The translations under genes and the position numbers were made by a program. The notes beneath the pieces were generated by a model, which saw only the letters and a program-made list of their open reading frames with translations, made no database searches and was not told where the DNA came from. A stretch of 63,817 nucleotides of DNA, the filler included, from Octopus bimaculoides (lineage: Eukaryota), in assembly GCF_001194135.2 (NCBI RefSeq). It is 7 parts of 7 records of this genome, joined end to end, with 100 filler letters (N's around TTAATTAATTAA, not from the genome) between each part and the next. Parts side by side here need not be neighbours in the genome. Positions count along the whole stretch, not along the records: positions 29,454 to 42,224 come from NC_069001.1; positions 42,325 to 55,290 come from NC_068985.1; 5 more parts are not named here. One strand, given 5' to 3'. Positions 38,201-49,448 of the stretch are shown here, piece by piece (position 1 is the first letter of the stretch; each line of letters begins with the position of its first letter).

Positions 38201-39663
38201 AGCACACACACACACACATCACACACACACACACACATTCAAAATATGGTTTCTTAAATCAAAGCCAACACAAAAAAGTCTCCATCTGTCGCTAGTCTTT
38301 CTATATTTTTCACGAGTATTCTTTCAATTTCCTATTATTACCATCGATATTTCACAGCGTTTTGTGTCTTGAGATAAAGAACTAATGTTGTCTCTACCTT
38401 CTTCCATGGTTTCTCCACTACAAAGAAACACCTTCAGACAACTAGATTCACAACATAAGAGAGATACAAGTATATTAAATACCATACAGGTGAAAGAATG
38501 TAGCTTAGTGGTTATGAGTATTTGGCTCACGGTCTTAAGTTCATGGGTTCAATTACTGGTGGCGAATTAGAATCTTAATGAAGGACAACTCCCAAACCAT
38601 GAGAACACATAATACAGTCAACAACATACACAAATAAGCAAGCACATAGTAAGGTACACATCTCATCATCAGCTGCCAAACATATATCATTATGGTTTCT
38701 ACCCTGATACAATACAGCAGACATAAGTAAGAAATGAACTGCTAACCTCTTGCTCTGTTACTCCAATTCCCAATCAGCTCAGCTATAACCAAAGTCCCAT
38801 CAAAGTCAGACCCAACAAGCGCTATGGTGTATAATAATTACTTGCCGTTATTCTGCTGAGCTCACAAAGAGTGCCAAATCTAAATGAAGGAAGTGCTTCT
38901 CTTTGTTGTAGGTGATGTGGAAGGTAAGGATGTTAATGTTTCTGTGAGATGGCTAGCTGATGGAGGCTTGAGGTATATTATTTTTTCTCTAATTTCTGAG
39001 AAGGAATAAGGCTCCCCTGAAGTCACAAAAGTTTGTATGGACCCAGTATTTACTGACTTGCATCAAGTGCCAACAGTGCTGCTAATTGGCGGCCAAGATC
39101 TTTAACATGGATTTTCTGCCAAGTTCTCATGGCAGATTGTCAAAGTAAAGCTTTAAAATAAACCTGTTATTGGTCATGTCCTTCTCTTAAACAGCATCGC
39201 AAATGGTTGGTCAAACACTTCACACGTTTATTTTAAATCCTGCCACCGACCCACCACCACCACAAGCTTATTCTAGCACATCGTTTATTCTAGTCTATTA
39301 CAAACCAGTGTGTGTGTGTGTGTGAGAGAGAGAGCCTGTTGACAGTAAATCAACCCTGCTAAAAATTTCCAGTTAATCTTGCTTGACTCTACCCCTAATT
39401 CTCGGATGCATATTTCCTATCTTTAAACGATCTAAATCAAAACCTTCCATTGAAATTTCATCATAATTTATGTCTCAAACAATAATTCAATTAACAACAA
39501 AGTTCCTTTTACTAAATTCTTCATGATTTTCAAAACTGATTAAAAGAAATTCTATGCATTTCAACAGAAATTTGGTAACAAAAAGTTAAAACACTTTTTC
39601 ATGGATTTTTCCTGGTCTGAATGAAGAAAATTTAATACTGAGATTCGTTAGTCTTCGCAACAG

Positions 39664-39795
39664 CTAGATAGAACTAGATAGAACTTGATAGAACTAGATA
39701 GAACTTGATAGAACTAGATAGAACTTGATAGAACTAGATAGAACTTGATAGAACTAGATAAATCTAGACAGAACTTGATAGAACTTGATAGAACT
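39664..39795. repeat. 10-bp minisatellite with alternating variants (20-bp higher-order period)
   Basis: gaactagata / gaacttgata alternate; about 13.5 units. Confidence 0.95.
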
Positions 39796-40093
39796 CCCCA
39801 GTGTAAGATATTTAGGATAAACACATCATCTATTAACCTTATTAACACCAAACCTGCCTTAGACCACGCCTACTTTTATGATATAAGTTTTCTGCTTTAA
39901 CCCTTTAATATCCGACACAAATATCCTACCAGTTTTATGTGCAGACTAGCTATATTCAGCCTCTCACACCTACCCTACAATGTCATACAAGAAATAAACA
40001 AGCACATCATCAAAGTCTCAACACGAAAAAGATAATGCAGGACAAATTAAAAACAATGTGAATAAATAAATATTAGATTAGACTGACTAATCA

Positions 40094-40301
40094 CCATCAT
40101 CATTATTGTTGTCCTTTAACGTACACTTTCCATGCTGGCATGGGTTGGAAGGTTTGACTGGGGACTGGCAAGCCAGAAGGCTGCACCAAGCTCCAATCTG
40201 ATCTGGCAGAGTTTCTACAGCTGGTTGCCCTTCCTAATGCCAACCACTCCGAGAGTGTAGTGGATGCTTTTTACGTGCTACCAGCACAGGAGCCAGTCAG
40301 G
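40094..40301 (-). mobile_element. Repeat family E (SINE-like, RTE-type tail)
   Basis: Reverse complement: gagtggttggcattaggaagggcaaccagctgtagaaactctgcc...ccatgccagcatggaaagtgtacgttaaagg...(GAT)n. Confidence 0.8.
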
Positions 40302-40702
40302 TGAATCTGAATGCTAAAGGGTTCAAGTGAACTTAATTAAAACCTTCTATGAAAATTCTGTGCTAATTTGTGTTCCAAACACCCCAGCTTACTAATGACA
40401 AGGTTGTTTTACTAAATTCTTAATTATTTTCAAAATTAATCAAAACAATGGCTGTGTATTTCAAGAGAAATATGCTAACGAAAGGATTAAAATGATCTGA
40501 ATTAAAACCTTTCATTAAAATTTTATGTTAATTTACATTCCAAACAACAGTGGAATAACAAAAACAGTTATTTGACTAAATTTGTTATTTTGAAATTTAA
40601 TGGAAAGGCAATGTATTTCAAGAGAAATATGGTAACAAAAGGGTTGAACTAGTGTTTGGAGCATAAATTAACATGAAATAATGAAGGAAGATTTTAATTT
40701 AA

Positions 40703-40922
40703 CCCTTTTGATACCTACCAACCAACCAGCCTGCCTGACTTTGCCTCTATTTCTATGATACAAACCTCCTGTCTTAAAGTGATCAAAATTTAAACCTACC
40801 TTCAAAATTTCACGTTAATTTATATTTTAAAACACCAGATTGACAGTTTTTCTACTAAATTCATTATTCAAAAAATTAATTGAAAGGCAGTATATTTCAG
40901 CAGAAATATAGTAACAGAAGGG
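40703..40922. mobile_element. piggyBac-like MITE, complete, TTAA TSD
   Basis: TTAA(40699-40702)-cccttttgatac ... gtaacagaaggg-TTAA(40923-40926). The TIRs start CCC as in piggyBac. Confidence 0.8.
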
Positions 40923-41552
40923 TTAAGGTAATCTTAATTAAAAACTTCCATCATAATCTCATCTTAATTTATGTTCCAAATGCCAGCTTAGAAATGACAA
41001 AATTATTAAATGAAATTCTGCATTATTTAAAAAAATATTGACTCAAAAGAGTCAATATTTAAAACAATAAATTCCAATTGGACATGTTTTGAGAAAACTA
41101 AATATACCACTGCCCCCTCCCACACTTTTTTTTTTCTTTGTTAATCAATAATCACAAAGATCAAAGCTACAAAGCCTTAATGAATTAAAGAAGTTTTGAA
41201 AAAAATATACAAAAGGGTCTCTCCTGATGTAATGTTAGTTTTGACCCATTTGATACCAACCCACCTGATACTACCTCTGGTTCTTTGATCAATTAATACC
41301 TTCCATCAAAATTTCATGTTCCAAACACCAACTTAAAAATGGCAAAGTTATTTTACTAAATTCTTCCTTATGTTCAAAAGTAATCGAAACACGGTGTATT
41401 TCAACAAAAAGGTTTCAGTGATCTGAATTAAAACTTTCTTTCATCAAAATTTCATATGAATTTATGTTCCAAACACCAGATTAATAACGGCCAAGTTGTT
41501 TTATGAGATTCTCCATTGTTTTCAAAATTAATTGAAACACAATGCCGTATCT

Positions 41553-41770
41553 AAATGGCACCTGTGAAATCGTCATCATGGCCATTACAGGTGTCATGTA
41601 AATGGCACTTGTGGTTGGTGTTAGGAAGGGCAGCCAGCTGACCATAGAAACCCTACCAAATCAGACTGGAACCTGGTGCAGCTCTCTGGCATACCAGTTC
41701 CAGTCAAACTGTCTAACCCATGCCAACATGGAAAGTGGACATCAAATGATGATGATGATGATGATGATGA
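41553..41770 (+). mobile_element. Repeat family E
   Basis: gtggttggtgttaggaagggcagccagctg...agaaacc...cagtcaaactgtctaacccatgccaacatggaaagtggacatcaaat(GAT)n. Confidence 0.8.
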
Positions 41771-41952
41771 AAGTCAGAGTATTTCTACTGAAATATCAAA
41801 ACAAAAGGTTTCGATCTCTTTCAAATGACATACTTACCTACACCACTCATTACAGGAATTGAACCCACAGCCTTATGATCATCAGCTTAAGACCTTAAAT
41901 CCTATGCCAAGCACTTATATACAAGTAAGATTAATGAAATAAAATAAAAATA

Positions 41953-42035
41953 GGACATGGCTGTGTAGTTAAGAAGCTTGCTTTGCAACCATGAGGAACT
42001 GGGTTCCATCCTATTGCATGGCACCTTCAGCAAGT
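41953..42035 (+). mobile_element. SINE family A head
   Basis: gacatggctgtgtagttaagaagcttgc...gggttccatcc..catggcaccttcagcaagtg. Confidence 0.75.
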
Positions 42036-42047
42036 GTTTTCATCAAT

Positions 42048-42085
<38 letters not shown>

Positions 42086-42089
<4 letters not shown>

Positions 42090-42115
42090 GTATTTGATGG
42101 GCTATAAGACGCACC
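42086..42115. mobile_element. TcMar-Tc2/pogo-like TIR stub
   Basis: TA-ccgtatttgatgggctataagacgcacc after (TA)n resembles the CCGTATTT...TATAAGACGC end of Tc2-type elements. No second end seen. Confidence 0.5.
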
Positions 42116-42117
42116 TG

Positions 42118-42195
42118 GAGCTATAGCAGAAGATACTTGCCCAAGGTGCCATGTATTTGGATTGAACCCGAAATCACATAGCTACCAAGTGAGTG
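42118..42195 (-). mobile_element. SINE family A head
   Basis: gctatagcagaagatacttgcccaaggtgccatg...ttgaacccgaaatcaca. Confidence 0.75.
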
Positions 42196-42361
42196 AAATT
42201 GCTTTTATCATATTTCTGCTCCACNNNNNNNNNNNNNNNNNNNNNNNNNNNNNNNNNNNNNNNNNNNNTTAATTAATTAANNNNNNNNNNNNNNNNNNNN
42301 NNNNNNNNNNNNNNNNNNNNNNNNAGGGGGAAAGGGGGAAGAGGGGAGGGGGTGAATGAGG

Positions 42362-42620
42362 AGTAACGGTGGCGGTTTAGTAGTAGTGGTAGTAGTGGCT
42401 AATGGCGATAGTGGCGGTAGTGGTGGTAGTAGTAGTAATAGTAGTAGTAGTAGTCATGGTGATGGTGGTGGTGTTGATAGTAGTGGTCGTAGCAATTGTG
42501 GTAGTAGTAGTAGTAGTGGTGGTAGTATTGGTGGTGGTGATAGTGGTGGTTTATAGCAATTGTAATAGTAGTAGTAACAGTGGGGGTGGTGGTGATAGTA
42601 GTAGTAGTAGTAGTAGTAAC
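42362..42620. repeat. (TAG/TGG)n microsatellite
   Basis: Directly visible. Confidence 0.9.
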
Positions 42621-43019
42621 TCCAATAGTACCAGAGGGGGTGATAAAAGAAGAGAGAATAAAAGAAAGAAGTAGCAACGGTGAAGAAGAAAAAGAGATGA
42701 AGAGAGAGAGAGAGGGGGGGGTAAGAAAGAGTAAGAAGTAGGTCACATCCGGTTAGCTTGGCGCCAACTGCGGATTGCTAATGTCAAACTGTTGAGTTTT
42801 GATCAGATAATATGTTATCACGACTAGATAGGGTTAGATTGTTGTTGTTGTTGATGATGTTGAGTATGAGGCTTATAATGATGATGGTGGTGGTGATGAT
42901 GATGATGCTTCTGTTGTTGATTTTTATGCTCTTTTTTCGGGGGTTTGGGGCGTGCTTTTAGTTGATGTTGCATGCGTTTTTTAAATACGTTTTTGTGTTT
43001 TTCTTTATTTTTACTTTGC

Positions 43020-43079
<60 letters not shown>

Positions 43080-43110
43080 TATATATATATATACATACAC
43101 GCACTCATAT

Positions 43111-43142
<32 letters not shown>

Positions 43143-43639
43143 NNNNNNNNNNNNNNNNNNNNNNNNNNNNNNNNNNNNNNNNNNNNNNNNNNNNNNNNNN
43201 NNNNNNNNNNNNNNNNNNNNNNNNNNNNNNNNNNNNNNNNNNNNNNNNNNNNNNNNNNNNNNNNNNNNNNNNNNNNNNNNNNNNNNNNNNNNNNNNNNNN
43301 NNNNNNNNNNNNNNNNNNNNNNNNNNNNNNNNNNNNNNNNNNNNNNNNNNNNNNNNNNNNNNNNNNNNNNNNNNNNNNNNNNNNNNNNNNNNNNNNNNNN
43401 NNNNNNNNNNNNNNNNNNNNNNNNNNNNNNNNNNNNNNNNNNNNNNNNNNNNNNNNNNNNNNNNNNNNNNNNNNNNNNNNNNNNNNNNNNNNNNNNNNNN
43501 CACCATCCCTAACGCCACCGCCAACATCACCATCAACATCATCATCATCATCATTAACATTATGGTTACTATCATCATTAGTTTCATTATCGTTTCTCTT
43601 TGTCCGTCTTCTTTTTCTAAGACCTCGCACTTTCTCTTT

Positions 43640-43665
43640 AGATAGATAGATAGATATATGGAGAA

Positions 43666-43696
<31 letters not shown>

Positions 43697-43705
43697 TATG
43701 GAGAA

Positions 43706-43761
<56 letters not shown>

Positions 43762-43850
43762 ATAGAGGGAGGGATAGATAGATAGATAAATAGATAGAGA
43801 GATAGATAGATAGATAGAGAGAGATATAGGTAGATAGATTAAATTAGATA
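43640..43850. repeat. (GATA)n microsatellite
   Basis: Directly visible. Confidence 0.95.
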
Positions 43851-44240
43851 TAGAAGTACGACATTATATAATATATATGTATATAGACACTATGATACAG
43901 ACACACTACCCTACACAAACATACACATATGCATATACATATACACACGCACTCTACAGTTACTATACCGTAACACACAAAGCATGCATAGGTATGTATT
44001 GTAGCTCGTTGACACCTGAATGCCGGGTCAGAGTTCAGTGACTTCTGCTTTGTCGTCTGTTGTCTTCTCTTGCTAATGATATCAACCTCTTTCCGCCACC
44101 AATTGCTTACATACAAGAATTCGACCGAGTCTCTACCTGGTGTCTATATCTGCTAGAAATAACAGCCAAATGTCCATCAAATTTCACCCTTATCTCTTCA
44201 AAATAAAAAGGGGAAAATACAAAAAAGTGATACATTAGAT

Positions 44241-44845
44241 CAGTGGCTCTCGAGCGGGGTCCGTATGGCCCCTGAGGGTCCTTAAATGATTTTGGGGAGT
44301 CCACACAACTAAATAGTAAATTAGGGATCCGCAATAATATTTTAAGGGCCGTTGAAAAATGTTTTCTTTAGATGTATGTATTGGTATGCATTACAAGAAA
44401 CAGCTTGCTTTTTTGTTCTAATATTTATATAATCAATCTACACAAGTTAATGTTTGGAAAATAAAAAAAAGGAATTTTGAAAGACGTTTCTACAAAACTT
44501 TTTGGTTTGTGCATAATTATTGCTGCTTTTTTTTCATGAAATTTTATTCAACAAAAACAATAACATGTAACAAAAATATCTTTAAATGATTATTCCGGAG
44601 CATATTCACCATCAACTTCAATTACTGCTTCCCGTTTGCTTGGCAGACGGTCAGACCGTCATTTAAAGATGCTTTTGTTAAATATTGTTATTGGTTTTGT
44701 TGAATAAAATTTGTTGAAAAAAAAAAAAGCCGCAGTAATTATGCACCAACCCAATAGTTTTTAAACATAGAATGGCTATAGGGGTCAACTAGAATAAAAT
44801 AATAACAAAAGAGATCCATAGAAAGAAAATGCTTAGGGAACACTG
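44241..44845. mobile_element. hAT (Charlie-type) non-autonomous element with 8-bp TSD, carrying a nested mariner MITE
   Basis: Ends cagtggctctcg... / ...tagggaacactg; subterminal ggggtcc motifs. TSD cattagat (44233-44240) / cattacat (44846-44853) with TA at positions 4-5. Confidence 0.85.
44499..44756. mobile_element. Mariner-derived MITE with about 95-bp inverted arms
   Basis: Left ttggtttgtgcataattattgctgc...caataac...aaaaatatctttaaatga versus right tcatttaaagatgcttttgtt...gccgcagtaattatgcaccaacccaata. Ends resemble the Hsmar1/MADE1-type TIR (ttaggttggtgcaaaagtaattgcgg). Confidence 0.85.
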
Positions 44846-44877
44846 CATTACATAATGTGCACCTACGAATAAGAGCA

Positions 44878-45066
44878 GAAGTGGCTGTGTGGTTAAGAAA
44901 CTTGCTTCTCAAACCACGTGGTTCTGGGTTCAGACCAACGTCGTGACACCCTGGGCAAGTGTCTTCTATTATAGCCTCAGGCGGACCAAAGTCTTTTATA
45001 TGTTTCAGCTCCCAGGTTGTGGGCTTGTGGGTAGATTTGTTAAATGGAGACTGAAAGAAGCCTGTC
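44878..45066 (+). mobile_element. SINE family A 5' half
   Basis: gtggctgtgtggttaagaaacttgc...gggttcagacc...ccctgggcaagtgtcttctattatagcctc...actgaaagaagcc. Confidence 0.85.
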
Positions 45067-45072
45067 CTTTAG

Positions 45073-45195
45073 TCTTTTATTCTTTTACTTGTTTCAGTCA
45101 TTTGACTGCGCCTATGCTGGAGCACCGCCTTTAGTCGAACAAATCGAACCCAGGACTTGTTCTTTGCAAGCTTAGTACTTATTCTATTCACGCCT
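45073..45195 (-). mobile_element. SINE family A tail, apparently fused to its extreme 5' end (internal deletion)
   Basis: tttacttgtttcagtcatttgactgc..atgctggagcaccgcctttagtcg...agtacttattctat|tcacgcctg. Confidence 0.8.
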
Positions 45196-45329
45196 GCACA
45201 TAATTGTTTATAATTTTATAATGTTATAATTTCTTTTAATAATTTCATTTTCACCTCTGTTCGATCCCGTTTATCTGTCCACGACAGATTGTTTTCAATT
45301 TGGCTTCACTCATTTTCTCTACCTCCATC

Positions 45330-45614
45330 CACAGGTTTAGCTGAGCTGAAAGAACGTGTTGTGTTAGCAGTGCAGGAGATAATTCCTGAAATGCTTCAAA
45401 ATGTGTTTCGCTAAGGATAGATTTGAAATTTGCATATGCGAAAATTTGCATATGAAAAAGCATATGTGGAAAATTTTCTATGAAGTTTTCACGTAAGATT
45501 TATAAATCAATAAATCTACTAGTTTTAGTATCATACCGAAGTAAAAAAAAAAAAAGACTATTTTTTAAAATTTGACCGATTTCATTGAAATAGTTATTTC
45601 TGGGACACCCTGTA
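45330..45614 (+). mobile_element. Tc1/mariner-superfamily element 3' end
   Basis: LAELKERVVLAVQEIIPEMLQNVF (transposase C-terminal helix pattern), followed by TIR tttctgggacaccctg-TA. Confidence 0.7.
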
Positions 45615-45621
45615 TATGCGT

Positions 45622-46232
45622 ACTCTTTTATTTGTTTCAGTCATTTGACTGCCGCCATGCTGGAGCACCGCCTTTAGTCGAACAAATCAACCCCAAAACT
45701 TATTCTTTGTAAGCCTAGTACTTATTTTATCAAGTGATGGTGGGGAACAAACACAGACACACAAACACACGCGTGCACACACATACACACACACACATAC
45801 ACACACACACACACATATGATAAGATAAGAAAATAAAGAGATAATTAATAAAATATTTATTAATTAAAAAATTGACATATTACAGCTATAAGAAATGTTT
45901 GTCAATTTTTTAATTAATAAATAATAATTTATTAATTATCTCTCTATTATCTTATCTTATCTAGATAAATAAATACATATATAAACCATGGTTTATACAA
46001 CTAACTTACAGTTGAATAGTAATTATAATGTTCAACATTCTTTCATAGGATTCCGCTATCCTTTAATGAGGGCTTCTTTCAGTTTCCGTCCACCATATCC
46101 ACTCACAAGGCTTTGGTCGGCCCGAGGCTATAGTGGAAGATACTTGCCCAAGGTGCCACGCAGTGGGACTGGACCCGGAACCAAGTAGTTGGGAATCAAG
46201 CTTCTTACAACACAGCCACGCTTGCGCCATAG
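45622..46232 (-). mobile_element. SINE family A interrupted by an approximately 245-bp insertion (about 45819-46063)
   Basis: Tail and body 45622-45817; body and head resume at gggcttctttcagtttccgtccacc...cttcttacaacacagccacgc. Confidence 0.85.
45819..45961. repeat. AT-rich imperfect palindrome (hairpin MITE-like)
   Basis: Left arm gataagataagaaaataaagagataattaataaa...ttaattaaaaaattgaca (to 45877) versus right arm tgtcaattttttaattaataaata...ttaattatctctctattatcttatcttatc (from 45900); 22-nt loop. Confidence 0.9.
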
Positions 46233-46770
46233 CTGCGCCATAGCCACACCTGCGCCATAGCTGTCGCTCTCAATACGAAAATCTAACATTAGCAGCATTA
46301 TTCGTACTGAATTCTTACAGAGTTGTTCGTATGAAACGTAAGACCGAAACTATCTGCTTCCATCTGTCTGCTTTTGTCTAAATTTCTGTTTCAAGATATT
46401 TTAAGGTGTGGAGTTTTAAACCCCCAAACCCTTAACGAAGAATACCAGGTGCAGCTTTTTGTGTGGTTTCTACCTTCAAACCTGCTCAGCTAAGTGAAAC
46501 TCCTGGTATTATGATCTCCAGCAGTTAAGACTTAGGAGTTAGTTGCACATGCACACACTCGAGTAGCTAGAGGGGGCGGAGGGGGCGGTTCGCCGCGGGC
46601 AGCACGTACTCCAGCTGCCCTACTGCATGCGTAAATACCTTTCTACACTCAACCTTTTTTTTATTCATTCATCTCTCCGCGCTTATTACGCCTAAATTCA
46701 ATTTATGAATTACCCATTTGACAAACTTTAGTCATATGTATAAATATATATATATATACGTAAACACACA

Positions 46771-46806
<36 letters not shown>

Positions 46807-46897
46807 CTCGATCTCTCTCACACACACGCGCACACATACATACATACATATGCATACATAGATATATGTGTGTGTTTATATATATATATACATACGT

Positions 46898-46960
<63 letters not shown>

Positions 46961-48194
46961 CATATATACACACATATATATATCCTTCTCTAATTCCCTT
47001 TTTCTCCCCTTCACCGTTTTCTATCTGTCACCCTCCACCTCTTTCGCCTTTTCTCTCTGTCGCTGCTCACACGTGACCATTGTCCATCTTTCTTTTTCTC
47101 ACGTGACCATCTTTCTTTTCCTATATGACGTTCTAAGGATTGGACGTCTTCTGTCTATCTCTTCTATCTTTTCTCATTTCAAAGAAAATATTTCTTCCAG
47201 CGTTCACTATTTTTTCTCTCGTTCTGGTCTAACGACCCTCCATGTTTGTTTTCGTTCGATTTCCTTGTATGTCTCCACTGTCCTGTTTTTGTTCCTAACT
47301 TTGGCTCTCCATAAAATCCAAAATTTTATTTTGGTATTTATGGGAGCAACTGTCCTCGAAGACTCATATTGTTGTTGATTGCTCGAAATGGGGAGTAGAT
47401 CGACAACCGACAACTGATGAAGGGTCGTTCTTTGTGTTACTTGTCCTGTTTTCAATTTATTTTCTCTCGTTGTTTGCGTATTTAACTCGCTTGTTTTCGT
47501 ATTTCATGTTGTTTACAGTTGGTGACGTCCTGTACCTATATATGCATATATATATATAAAGGTAAGATCCAAGGATCAAGGTGTAGGAAGTTAATGAGCA
47601 TCAAATAATCTGTAGAAGTCTCCGTAGGAGACTACACAAAGGAGGTATAAAAACGTCTGGAAACAAGTCTAACAATTCCTATTTGAACCTTATCGGGAAA
47701 AATTTCTTATAAGTTACTACGTATTGGGCAAATAGCAGTGAGAGTCCCAAATGGCATCCAGTTTATGAATTAGGTTATTAGAAAAGATATTGTACAATGT
47801 CACATTTTGGGATAGTTGGCTATATAGATTGTACTTTTGTTATCTGGACAATCGACCTATAAGTTTTAGACAGAAAATTTAGTACTGAATGCTAAAAGCA
47901 CGTAATTTCCGGCATGGAAAACCTATAATTAACGGATTAACAAGCTTGTCAAGCGGGAATTTTGGAAGTATTTCATAAATGATAAATGGCGGTTGAGATT
48001 AAGCAAAAAATATAATTCACATCGTTTAGTTTTAGCAAAGACACCTGTGATGGAAAATACTAGAGATGGAGTGAGCAGATACAAAACAAGAAAATGTAAA
48101 GACGTCGCAGCCAAACGCTTTGTGTTGCGAATAGTACGCTCACATTATAGGTTGCACGAATAAGTGTTTTTGCCGAAGTTACATTAGTGTAATA

Positions 48195-48443
48195 CAATGG
48201 TTCACAACTAGGGTTCATATTACCCTTAGGGGCCTATGTAAGATTTTCTTAAAGTTTATGTGCAATTAATTGGTTATATTTCTACAACAAGCAAAATATT
48301 TTAACAAGTTTTTATACAATCCTTAATAATATTTAGATATAAAAATATAACAGGTCTTTGAAAACACTGAATGACAATGAAGGTCCAATAGATTTAAATA
48401 GGAACCAAAGGAGTCATAGGCAAAAATTGGTTGAAAACCACTG
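48195..48443. mobile_element. hAT (Charlie-type) MITE with 8-bp TSD
   Basis: Ends caatggttcacaac / ggttgaaaaccactg. TSD gtgtaata (48187-48194) / gtttaata (48444-48451). Confidence 0.85.
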
Positions 48444-48494
48444 GTTTAATAGGAAGTCGCTTCCCAGGGGTAGGAGGAAGTTGTAACCTGTGAC

Positions 48495-48880
48495 CTTTAA
48501 TAGTATCAAAGGCAACAATATTGCTTTTATCGAAGTATCTCTCCATCCTCCAGAGAAAATTGGTGACTGACGGAAATGAACTCCCTGGGAAATCTGAATT
48601 CGAGGAACAGATGCCAGTGATCAATGAAAAGGGAACAAGACTGAAGATGCTAAATGGGGTTACTTTTATATATCTCTAAAAGATCGATATTTGTCAGGAT
48701 CAGAGATATTGCCTTTCTGTGGAAGAAGGATATTTCTATTACAAAATATTGATTAAAAAAAAAAATTATTGTGGGAAGAGAATCATTTTGGAATTTGGTG
48801 AGTACAGGAGCTAACTTTGGAGTATACTGTTTAAAGTAATTGAAAAACAACATCGGAATTAGTGACATTGTTTGACTGGA
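48495..48880 (-). mobile_element. CR1/L2-group LINE RT N-terminal fragment, decayed
   Basis: KQYTPKLAPVLTKFQNDSL, PQKGNISDPDKYRS (PKKGD.S.P.NYRPI-like), SNIVAFDTIK (V.LD..KAFD-like). Confidence 0.65.
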
Positions 48881-49195
48881 ATAAATGGAAACATTTTAGT
48901 ACTTGGCGCTTGTTTATATGTGAGGTTGGAGTAGACACATAAAACTTAAGAGGGGTTTTGGTTTATGCGTACAAAGTAGAACATAGTGGGCGGAAACAGC
49001 AGGAATATATGTATGTAAGAGTGTTTACAGAATTATCTAGGTTGAATGTTTGTTGCTGGAAGGGTTCTGAAAAGTTAATGGAGACAGCATCAGCAAAACA
49101 CCAGAAAGCCTGGTTGCAAGATATAAGAAAAGAGATCTTGCAGGCCTTGCTATTGAAGATAGCATCGAACGAATCTGATCCTAAAGAAGGGCTGT

Positions 49196-49448
49196 GGAGG
49201 CATGTGGCTCAGTGGTTAGGGTGTTGGATTCATGATCATAAGATTGTGGTTTCGATTCCCGGACCGGGAGAGGTATTGTGTTCTTGACCAAAACACTTCT
49301 TTTCACGTTGCCCTTGTCCACTCAGCTGGCAAAAATGAGTAATCTTGTGACGGACCGGTGTCCCGTCCAGTCGGGGAATTTATACGGCATTGAAACCAGA
49401 AAACCGGCCCTATGAATCTCTATGACTCGGTAAGGTAACTTTACTTAC
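49196..49448 (+). mobile_element. SINE family C (Meta/V-like), full length
   Basis: ggaggcatgtggctcagtggttaggg (A box), ggtttcgattccc (B box), ttgtgttcttgaccaaaacactt...gtccactcagctggcaaaaatgagta (Meta-like), gacggaccggtgtcccgtccag (V-like), gaaacc..ccggccctatg tail. Confidence 0.9.

Larger units (their letters stand above)
39335..41550. mobile_element. Cluster of piggyBac-like MITE copies and head-to-tail partial units
   Basis: About 150-bp unit (aaaaccttccatcaaaatttcat...ttccaaacacc...tactaaattc...tatttca.cagaaatatggtaac.aaagggttaa) recurring near 39440, 40335, 40500, 40790, 40935, 41295 and 41425. Confidence 0.7.

Noticed and set aside
42356-42674. Gly/Ser-rich and poly-Val ORFs
   Set aside because: Translations of a (TAG/TGG)n microsatellite.
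42765-42780. tggcgccaac as an LTR primer-binding site
   Set aside because: There is no adjacent LTR end or gag/pol sequence, and the match is short.
46555-46610. gtagctagagggggcggagggggcgg as a hAT-like left end or GC-box promoter
   Set aside because: No matching right end or TSD found, and no downstream exon evidence.
47050-47530. Pyrimidine-rich segment with ctgatgaag as a Penelope-like terminal repeat
   Set aside because: No RT or GIY-YIG remnant and no second copy in the window; too little to call.
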